Source of the DNA: Promethearchaeota archaeon
GTDB taxonomy: Archaea > Asgardarchaeota > Lokiarchaeia > Sigyniarchaeales > SOKP01
NCBI GenBank assembly: GCA_019058015.1
Contig: JAHLWH010000126.1
Location: 1 to 25,082, forward strand
Reading direction: 5' to 3'
Length of the DNA stretch: 25,082 nt
This document shows, piece by piece, positions 17,574 through 25,082 of the stretch (positions are counted from its first letter, which is position 1; each line of letters begins with the position of its first letter). The position numbers were made by a program, and so were the translations under genes. The notes under the pieces were generated by a model. That model did no database searches. It was not told where the DNA came from and worked only from the letters and a program-made list of their open reading frames with translations.

Positions 17574-18773
17574 GTGAAAATGGTTAAGCAACATTTAATA
17601 GATAGAGTTCGAGCAAGATTATCTCGAGATAAAGGAGTTGGATCTAGGGGAATAAAAGATACTCAAGCTCAACGATTATATCCTGAAGAGGAGGATATGG
17701 ATATTAGACCTTTTTTTTTTCGAGATGTAGATAGGATCGTCCATTCCAAAGCGTATGCCCGATATATCGATAAAACTCAAGTTTTCTTTGAGGTTAAGAA
17801 TGCAAATATAACCCACCGATCCTTGCATGTTCTTCTCGTTTCTCGAACTAGCCGCCAGATTGGGCGGGCTCTTAAGTTAAATACGGATTTAATTGAAGCA
17901 ATTAGCCTTGCACACGATATAGGACACGCCCCATATGGACATCCTGGTGAAGAATATTTAAATGAAATTAGTAATGAATGCGGAATAGGAACTTTTCTTC
18001 ATAATGCTCAAGGTGTTAGATGGCTTGCAGAATTGGAAAAGCGATTTCCTACCCAACCTGCTAAAGGATTAAACTTAACATTACAAGTTTATGATGGTAT
18101 TTTATGCCATGACGGTGAAACTTTTGAAAGAGAGTTGAAACCGAAAAAAATCAATGGAAAAACTTGGGAGTCTCATTTTAAAGAATACAATGATTGTTTT
18201 CTTGGAAATAAGTTTGTACGTATTCCAATGAGCTATGAAGGGATTGCTGTTAGATTTGCTGATATCATTGCTTATATAGGACGAGATATTGAAGATGCAA
18301 TTCTTTTAAAATTCATTCAGAGAAAAGATATACCTGAAAATTGTAGAAAAGTTCTTGGAGATACTAATCGAAAAATAATGAATACACTTATTAGAAATTT
18401 ATTGGCTTATAGTATAGAGAACGAGACAATCGGCTATGATGAGAATATTTTCTCTGCGTTAAAGGAATTGAAAGAATTCAATTATGAAAACATTTATGAA
18501 AAAAGGGATAAAAAAAGCAATGAACAACATGAATCAATTCGAAAAGATTTTCATCTTATGTTTGAAGTATTCCAAAAAGATTTAGAAAAATCAAATTATA
18601 ATTCGCCCGTTTTCAAGGATCATATAGATTATATAGATGATAAGAATTATTCAAGTTATTACAAGAAATATAAAATAGAAGATAAATTAGGTTGGATTGT
18701 TAGAGATTATATTGCAGGAATGAGTGATAGATATTTTAGAGAAATGACAGAATGGGTTAAAAAAAAAAATTAA
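17574..18773 (+). CDS. HD-domain dNTP triphosphohydrolase (dGTPase-like); start may be ATG 17580
   Basis: RDVDRIVHS...KTQVF, THRSLH, HDIGHAPYGHPGE, HN, ADIIAY...DIEDA, RDYIAGMSDRY. Confidence 0.88.
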   Translation: MKMVKQHLIDRVRARLSRDKGVGSRGIKDTQAQRLYPEEEDMDIRPFFFRDVDRIVHSKAYARYIDKTQVFFEVKNANITHRSLHVLLVSRTSRQIGRALKLNTDLIEAISLAHDIGHAPYGHPGEEYLNEISNECGIGTFLHNAQGVRWLAELEKRFPTQPAKGLNLTLQVYDGILCHDGETFERELKPKKINGKTWESHFKEYNDCFLGNKFVRIPMSYEGIAVRFADIIAYIGRDIEDAILLKFIQRKDIPENCRKVLGDTNRKIMNTLIRNLLAYSIENETIGYDENIFSALKELKEFNYENIYEKRDKKSNEQHESIRKDFHLMFEVFQKDLEKSNYNSPVFKDHIDYIDDKNYSSYYKKYKIEDKLGWIVRDYIAGMSDRYFREMTEWVKKKN

Positions 18774-18877
18774 TGAGATTTTTACTTTAATTATTTATAT
18801 TTAAATACAAAAATATGAAAAATAAAAATTAGATAAATTTTTAATTTCATGTTAAATAATATTTAACGTAGATATTT

Positions 18878-18950
18878 AGCTCCGTAGTGTAGTGGCCAAG
18901 CATTTGGGACTCTGAATCCTAGGACGGCGGTTCGAATCCGCCCGGAGCTA
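18878..18950 (+). tRNA. tRNA-Gln (anticodon CTG), intronless, CCA not encoded
   Basis: Acceptor stem AGCTCCG/CGGAGCT with the A1-U72 pair typical of archaeal tRNA-Gln; anticodon arm TGGGA-CTCTGAA-TCCTA; T arm GGCGG-TTCGAAT-CCGCC; T6 run downstream. Confidence 0.96.
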
Positions 18951-19063
18951 CTTTTTTGAATGGAATAACAATATTTATTAAAAATAGAAAAAATATATTA
19001 AAATAGAATAACCATTAATTTATTATAGGAAAATTTAAAAAACTATAAAACGAGAATATTCTA

Positions 19064-19480
19064 ATGCCAATAATTAGTTTTTCAATTAACGATCACTTGA
19101 AAAAATTTTTAAATAAATTAGTTACTAAAAAATATTATCCAAATCAGTCAAAAATTATAAGAGACGCACTTTTAAGGCTAATGTCAACAATGGAAATCTC
19201 AGAAATAGAAAGAGATGTAGAAATAAAAAAGATACAAAAGAACATAGTTGGAAACGCAATGATAGTGATAGAACATGATGATGATCTAGCAATTAAAAAA
19301 ATTTCCAAGCTAGAAACTGATTTTAAAGAATGTATCGCAGGTAAATCTCAATTCTTATACTCTAAATATAAAACAATATTATTTGTTTTTGAAGGTGAGA
19401 TAGATAGTTTTCATAGTTTTATTTCAGAATTAAATGCTATTGAAAATTTAAAGAATTTTCGATATATAATTATTAGTTAA
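19064..19480 (+). CDS. Ribbon-helix-helix (CopG/NikR-like) regulator with C-terminal ACT-like domain
   Basis: MPIISFSINDHLKKFLNKLV...YPNQSKIIRDAL is an RHH pattern; the C-terminal beta-alpha-beta-beta-alpha-beta layout and length resemble NikR. Confidence 0.75.
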   Translation: MPIISFSINDHLKKFLNKLVTKKYYPNQSKIIRDALLRLMSTMEISEIERDVEIKKIQKNIVGNAMIVIEHDDDLAIKKISKLETDFKECIAGKSQFLYSKYKTILFVFEGEIDSFHSFISELNAIENLKNFRYIIIS

Positions 19481-19495
19481 TCTAAAAGAAGAAAT

Positions 19496-21862
19496 TTAGA
19501 GTTTTATTGCCCTTCCTATAACATTTTTAAAATTTTCTATATCATCGGCTAATTTTTCCGCATCATTTTCATTAATATTATCCTCTTTATTGTATTTATT
19601 TAAAGTCGTTAACCAAAACTCAATTCTATCCAAGACGGGGTGCGTCTCTCCCAAAATTTTTCTTACTCTCACAAATGTATCCTGAAGCTTGATACGGATA
19701 TTATTTGCCCGCCATTTTAACATACAATAATCAGAAATTTCCATTAAATTTTGAGTAATGACCATTATGTCAAGCGTTTTTTCACGCTCTTCAGATTTTA
19801 TTTTTCTGATAATATTTATTTGCTCAAATAAGATTTCAATAATTTTTGCTAACCAACCAGTTAATTGCCCGGGATTTCCGCACCAAACTCTTAATTCTAA
19901 TGATTGATTTTTAGAATTAATAAATATTCTAGTAATTATTCTCCCGCCGGTTACTTTTGCTTCAGCACAATACCATGCTTCAGCTTGGTAATTATCATCT
20001 TGACCTTCTTCATGAGAAGTAACAATGGTAGTTTCAAAACTTTTTAGAGTTCTTTGGGCAGCTCTGAAAGCCAACCGAGGATCGAGATCGGCAATCATAA
20101 ATGCTCTTGCATCACTCGGTAGGTCTTGAATCGCTAATTGGCAATCTTCCACATTGTCGAGAGTAGCGATGACTAATGGACATTTTATTTGCACTTCTTT
20201 TCTCTTGAGATATATGGTTTTTTTTTCACCTTTTGGAGATTTATAGATAACTGTCCCACCGATTGAAGATATTCCACATTGGCGGGGTTCTAGATAAAAA
20301 TCTACTCCTCTTGAGTTATTAGGTTCAATTACAGGAATTGAAATTATTTCTTGTTTTAGATTATAACTAGAAGGGGCATCAAGTATAATCTTAATAGAGT
20401 GAATTGCCACATCATTATGATTTCGAACTACTACTTTAAAGTGTAATTGACCCCCTTGAAAATCATATTCTCTAAGAACTTCAACTTTCTCGGATAACTT
20501 TAAGTCATCAGTTGGAATCTCATCTAATCTAATTGAATATTCAGATGTGATGGGAGCTACTCTCTCTAGAATGAACATTTTATGTAAAGAATCAATATAT
20601 CCTTCAATGGAGCCCCGTGATATCAGAATTGCTAATTTTTCCTCAATATTTGACTCAGTTATTCCTAAACGTCTCGCTAATTCTGTTAATGAAATTTTCC
20701 TATATACTTTAGTTATTTCTTTAATTTTTATTTCTAAGTATTTTTGAGTCATAAATTCTCTTCTTTGAGTAAATACACCCTTAAGTTCACCACTTTGTAT
20801 AAGATTAAACAAAGTTCTGCGACTTAATTCAACAGCAATTTTGAGATCTCCTGAAATTTTGTTAAGTTTAAAGATACCCTTGTCTTTCGCATATTTCTTT
20901 ATTTCGCTATTTAACTGCTTTTGGGTGATTATTTCCTTTCCTTTATCTGCAAAAAAAGCAATTACCTTTTCTAATTTCATTAGATTTACACAAAAATTTT
21001 TAATATTTTCTGAGTGTAAATCTAATTCTTCACTAAGTTTTTTTATTAAAATTCTGCCCTTTAAATTAATAATTTCCATTAATTTATCAAAAATATATTG
21101 TTTAGTATAATATTTCTGCTTACTTATCGTAAAAGAACCTTTAATTTTATATTCCTTAATCAATTTTAAGATCAATTTTATAGTATTATCAGAACTCATA
21201 TCTAACATTGAAGATAGATTTTGATTTTCAATAATTCCCTCTTCTTCAATTTTTGAAATAATTTTTTGTTTGATTTCTGATGAGATATAATAAAATAAAT
21301 TATGAACCTTATCGATAACTCCATAAACTTTATTTTCATTAATATAGTTTTTAATTATTCCAACAATCTCGTCTGAACTAACGTTAAACATTGTTGATAA
21401 CGTAGTAAAATTGGTAATTGAGGAACCTTTTAATACTGCTAAAAGACATTTGGGGCATACTTCCTTACCTTCGAATTTTCTTAATTTTTTATTGCATACT
21501 TCATCAAATCTTATTATACCAAGTCTTTTTGCATCTCTAAGAACTCTTTCTTTATAAGGATAAAATATTCCAGGAGATTTTAAATACGAATTCCATCCAC
21601 ATTTTTTATCAGTGCATTTTAAATAGAATTGACCAGATGATAATTTATCTAACTGTACAAGCGATTTACATTCAGGACATGAGCTTCTTTCTATTATGGA
21701 ACAACGATATCTTAGAACTCTAGCATTAACTCTTGAATAATATATATTATGATCCTTACAATACCATTTCTCTGTACTAATTACATGGTTTATGCAAAAG
21801 GAAGCCCCACACTTCTCACAAGTAAATACTACGTTTTCATCTTCACAAAATTCGCATTTCAT
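19496..21862 (-). CDS. Multidomain protein: Zn-finger region + five tandem winged-helix (PCI/UFL1-like) repeats + Ig-like/platform module + helical tail
   Basis: 16 Cys/His candidate ligands in aa 1-140; ~59-aa repeats over aa 138-433, the last a classic PCI-type WH (YRKISLTELARRLGITESNIEEKLAILISRGSIEGYID); beta-sandwich aa ~458-563; alpha/beta domain aa ~580-685. Confidence 0.75.
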   Translation of the reverse strand: MKCEFCEDENVVFTCEKCGASFCINHVISTEKWYCKDHNIYYSRVNARVLRYRCSIIERSSCPECKSLVQLDKLSSGQFYLKCTDKKCGWNSYLKSPGIFYPYKERVLRDAKRLGIIRFDEVCNKKLRKFEGKEVCPKCLLAVLKGSSITNFTTLSTMFNVSSDEIVGIIKNYINENKVYGVIDKVHNLFYYISSEIKQKIISKIEEEGIIENQNLSSMLDMSSDNTIKLILKLIKEYKIKGSFTISKQKYYTKQYIFDKLMEIINLKGRILIKKLSEELDLHSENIKNFCVNLMKLEKVIAFFADKGKEIITQKQLNSEIKKYAKDKGIFKLNKISGDLKIAVELSRRTLFNLIQSGELKGVFTQRREFMTQKYLEIKIKEITKVYRKISLTELARRLGITESNIEEKLAILISRGSIEGYIDSLHKMFILERVAPITSEYSIRLDEIPTDDLKLSEKVEVLREYDFQGGQLHFKVVVRNHNDVAIHSIKIILDAPSSYNLKQEIISIPVIEPNNSRGVDFYLEPRQCGISSIGGTVIYKSPKGEKKTIYLKRKEVQIKCPLVIATLDNVEDCQLAIQDLPSDARAFMIADLDPRLAFRAAQRTLKSFETTIVTSHEEGQDDNYQAEAWYCAEAKVTGGRIITRIFINSKNQSLELRVWCGNPGQLTGWLAKIIEILFEQINIIRKIKSEEREKTLDIMVITQNLMEISDYCMLKWRANNIRIKLQDTFVRVRKILGETHPVLDRIEFWLTTLNKYNKEDNINENDAEKLADDIENFKNVIGRAIKL

Positions 21863-21988
21863 TTTTTTAATACAATTTTTCTTTTAGTAAAGATATATAT
21901 TGTATTATTAAAAATTTTTATAGTCCAATAATTATTATTTGTAAATTTAACCTCCAATATGAAAGAAAGAAGTTGGTAATTTATACTC

Positions 21989-22681
21989 CTAAATCGATGG
22001 AAAAATATCAATTCGAAATATTGAAACCCCTAATATCACAATATTAAAAAAAATTATCAAAACAATCATTATTAGAGAAACTTTACTGGATCTTTCTGTT
22101 TTTGTTTTTCTTCTTTTTGAACCAAATTCGCTTATAATTGCTAACGGAAACAATCCAAGAAATGTGCCTACAGAAAATGATAGGATGGTTAATAATCCAC
22201 TTATTAAGCCGTAGCTTAAAGTCCAAGTAAAACATTGAGTATAAATTAATATCTCAAAAATACATGGTGGAAGACCTGCTAAAATCCCAAAGACATAAGG
22301 TGTTCTTTTTCTATTCCAATCAATGTCCATCTTTAATTCATCAGCATATTTAGAATGAGGGGCATAACGATGAGTAATAATAAAAATTAACATATAAACT
22401 GATACTATACAGCTAATCAATGCGCCAAAAAAATTATTAACATAGTTTTCTGTAGGAATAAATGTAAAAATTAAACTAAATAATGAAGTTAATATGCCAA
22501 TTGTGCAATTTGCAATCATTAGCCCAATACCGTATCTCATTAATATTAATATACTATTTTTCCAATCTTTACCTATGCCAAATGACCAAAAACAAAAAAT
22601 TGCTTTATCTTCACATGGCATAATTGTATGTAATATACCTATAGCAAAAGCTGGCCATAATACAAGTAATTGATCTAGAAT
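21989..22681 (-). CDS. Multi-TM membrane protein resembling RcnA/UreH-type Ni/Co transporters or DsbD-like proteins; probable start ATT at 22681 (first ATG 22621)
   Basis: The frame is open upstream of ATG 22621, giving ILDQLLVLWPAFAIGILHTIMPCEDK, which resembles the TM1 GxLHAxxPGHxK motif. A second motif GLPPC lies in a later helix. Confidence 0.6.
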   Translation of the reverse strand: MLDQLLVLWPAFAIGILHTIMPCEDKAIFCFWSFGIGKDWKNSILILMRYGIGLMIANCTIGILTSLFSLIFTFIPTENYVNNFFGALISCIVSVYMLIFIITHRYAPHSKYADELKMDIDWNRKRTPYVFGILAGLPPCIFEILIYTQCFTWTLSYGLISGLLTILSFSVGTFLGLFPLAIISEFGSKRRKTKTERSSKVSLIMIVLIIFFNIVILGVSIFRIDIFPSI

Positions 22682-22847
22682 CTTGGATTCCCCTGAAAAG
22701 AAATATTAATTAATATTTAATATATAGATTTGTATCTTTCTTATTTTAAATTTTATATTTAATATTAAGATCTGTTTATTTATTATTATTATTTTATCTA
22801 ATTGCCTTCATGATCGAAGAATCTCTTAATTATATTTTTTGTGATAA

Positions 22848-24113
22848 TTATAACTGATTTCTTCCATTTTTCTTTAATGCAAATTTAATTAATCCATAGA
22901 AACATAAAAGTAAAAATATTGTCGGTATAAAATTAAAAGGAAATAGGTCTTGAACCAGTAACCAGAGACCTGTAAAAAGCATACTAAAAAAAGCCAATCC
23001 AAAGAAACCGGGTTTCACATATTTTTTAAAGATTAAAGGGCTATTTGAGGAATAAAAAAATGTGATTGATAAAATTGGTCCCAAAATTACAAGGTGATGG
23101 TCCCAACTATCAAAATACACTAATAACATAAGTAATAATCCAAGACTAAAAGCATGACTTGTATTAAATTGGGGATTAACCCGGATAAAATAAATGAAAA
23201 GACCTAATATGCCAATTATAAAAAAGATAATAAAAAAGATGAGAAAGGAACTTATATGTATTCCATAGATATTAATCGCATTTAATACTAATCGAGTAAT
23301 ACTAAATGAATGATTTACAATTTCTGGCGTTGATCCTAAAAAGTTTACTTCTAAAAAGCCATTCCATAAGCCCGGAACAAAAACAAAAAATAAAATATTA
23401 AAGCTTAATGGAAGGATTATACCAATTGATCTTAATACACTTCTAAATAATTTAATATTGATTTTTTTATTTTTTAAATCAATTCTCATTAAGATTACAA
23501 AAGGTACAATAAAAATTGTAATTGGTTTTATAATTATACTAATACCTAAACAAATACCTCCAACTATTTCCATTAATGCAGTATCTTTGGCAAGGAAAAT
23601 ATATATTGAAATTATTAAAAAAATCGCAACAAAAAGATTAATCTGACCAAGAATATAATTAATTGAATGCGGAATAAGCAAAAGAAAAATACTAACATAT
23701 AAAATTACTCTTTTTTTATTCAAATCGATATCATTATCTTTTACCATTATACATTTTACCATAAATATGCAAATAAAATAAGTAGTGAATAAATTAAGTA
23801 ATTGAAAAATAATAAAACCTAATTCATAACCAAATAAATAGAACGGAACAAAAAGATATGCAGATATTGGAAAATATCTAAATGGAAAATCATAATTTTC
23901 CTCGTTATATAAATCAGGGAGGTCGGTTATTACTTGTTTTCCAACATTGAAATATGTTAAAAAATCGTTTTGATCATGAAGAACGGTAAAAAACAATATT
24001 AAAGAAAGCGTAAAATAAAATAGGTGTATAAAGAAAGCAAGTTTAAAAATTTTCACTTCCCAATATTCTTTGAAATTTTTCAATTTTTCCATTAAATAAG
24101 ATTTAAGATCCAT
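22848..24113 (-). CDS. GT-C fold glycosyltransferase, GT87 / DUF2029-like
   Basis: DFLTYF...DLY...PFRYFP loop after TM1, GQIN, IKP, NHSFS and WDHH motifs; about 10 TM helices. Confidence 0.85.
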   Translation of the reverse strand: MDLKSYLMEKLKNFKEYWEVKIFKLAFFIHLFYFTLSLILFFTVLHDQNDFLTYFNVGKQVITDLPDLYNEENYDFPFRYFPISAYLFVPFYLFGYELGFIIFQLLNLFTTYFICIFMVKCIMVKDNDIDLNKKRVILYVSIFLLLIPHSINYILGQINLFVAIFLIISIYIFLAKDTALMEIVGGICLGISIIIKPITIFIVPFVILMRIDLKNKKINIKLFRSVLRSIGIILPLSFNILFFVFVPGLWNGFLEVNFLGSTPEIVNHSFSITRLVLNAINIYGIHISSFLIFFIIFFIIGILGLFIYFIRVNPQFNTSHAFSLGLLLMLLVYFDSWDHHLVILGPILSITFFYSSNSPLIFKKYVKPGFFGLAFFSMLFTGLWLLVQDLFPFNFIPTIFLLLCFYGLIKFALKKNGRNQL

Positions 24114-24255
24114 TAAAAGAACGAAAAGAAAGTTTTCAAAAAAATCTTACTAAAATTTTTTTAAATTTAAATTATAAAAATTAAAGTATGGCTTTAATCG
24201 ATAAAAAAAGAAACCCAATAAAAACACATTAGATTCAGAAGGTAGGGTAAAATCT

Positions 24256-24522
24256 TTGATAGAAAATGTTTTTTCTCCTTATGCTCAAAATTGGTTTGAG
24301 AATATTAAGTATGGATGGAATAAAAAAACAATGATAATTGGTGGAAAACATAATCTTGGACCGAAATTTTCACTTTTTATTAAGTTCCTACTGAAAAAAT
24401 ATATGAGAATCTATAATTATGAATTAAAATCAGAAAAATATCGAGAAGGTAAATCAGACATTACTAAAGACACGATTTACACCATCATATTCTCTTTTGG
24501 TCCCATCACTTCTCCATCATAA
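24256..24522 (+). CDS. Hypothetical protein, possibly a 5'-truncated fragment
   Basis: TTG start; frame open back to 24205; protein-like composition (QNWFENIKYGW...IIGGKHNLGPKFS). Confidence 0.45.
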   Translation: MIENVFSPYAQNWFENIKYGWNKKTMIIGGKHNLGPKFSLFIKFLLKKYMRIYNYELKSEKYREGKSDITKDTIYTIIFSFGPITSPS

Positions 24523-24553
24523 TTACGAATTATTTTCTTGGCATAATTGTGTA

Positions 24554-24961
24554 TTAAAGACTATTTAACGATTTTTCCTTATCTAAATTTTCTTGTTTTT
24601 GAAAAAAAGCTCTACTTAAAACATCAAATTCATCATCAGATAATAGTTCCTTACATTTTTCTGTTAATATTTTTGTATTTTTAAAAACTAAACTTATTTT
24701 CTCACAAATATAAGAAGAACATTTTCCACAATTTTCAATTTTTTTTTCTGAGCAACATTTTTTCACATCCAAATTTGCACATTCTTTTGAAAAATGACAT
24801 CCATAGCAAATTAAGGATTCTGGTTCTTCTAATGTATCTCGAAATCCCAGTTTTTTCCATAATATGGCTACTTCTTTTAATTCATCCTTATCTCCTCTTA
24901 CAGTTGCGATATAACGTGGACAAAAATCGCAATTATCTCCACAACAACCTAATTTAACCAT
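24554..24961 (-). CDS. Cys-rich DUF3795-family protein
   Basis: GCCGDNCDFCPRY, CYGC, C...VKKCC, IENCGKCSSYIC pattern. Confidence 0.8.
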   Translation of the reverse strand: MVKLGCCGDNCDFCPRYIATVRGDKDELKEVAILWKKLGFRDTLEEPESLICYGCHFSKECANLDVKKCCSEKKIENCGKCSSYICEKISLVFKNTKILTEKCKELLSDDEFDVLSRAFFQKQENLDKEKSLNSL

Positions 24962-25082
24962 TATTTTTTCACTATTTATTACAAACTTTTATGATTAATA
25001 AAACACAAAAGATTTCATATTCTTGATTACTACGTGGTATTAAAATTTTTCTTAAGAATAATATTTTTAAGAAAGTTTTCAA

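Noticed and set aside
10220-18773. Exonuclease + dGTPase + beta-CASP nuclease as an antiviral defence island
   Set aside because: They are dispersed among housekeeping genes, aCPSF1/FttA is a core termination factor, and nothing distinguishes this dGTPase from housekeeping ones.

Overview
Very AT-rich archaeal chromosomal DNA, most likely from an Asgard archaeon of the Lokiarchaeia (Promethearchaeota) type. That call is inferred from an EF-2 paralog lacking the diphthamide loop, a Loki-CTERM-like surface protein, aCPSF1/FttA, a tetraether lipid synthase-type radical SAM enzyme and an A1-U72 tRNA-Gln. The window holds about 20 CDSs and two intronless tRNAs (Gly-CCC, Gln-CTG). I see no CRISPR array, integrase or transposase. 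Best leads: (1) a 788-aa protein joining nested Zn fingers, five tandem PCI/UFL1/DDRGK-like winged helices and an adaptin/BBSome-like Ig+platform module; (2) a Tes + small helical protein + CTP-dependent polyprenol kinase lipid cluster preceded by repeated TGTCA-N12-TGACA sites; (3) a cobalamin/2x[4Fe-4S] QueG/RdhA-like gene split by a -1 shift at A_AAA_AAA; (4) two unannotated long hairpins (upstream of the EF-2 paralog, and between convergent genes at 12.2 kb); (5) a Ni/Co-transporter-like gene that apparently needs an ATT start; (6) a DUF3795 pseudogene absent from the ORF track. All family calls come from motif recognition by eye, not database searches.
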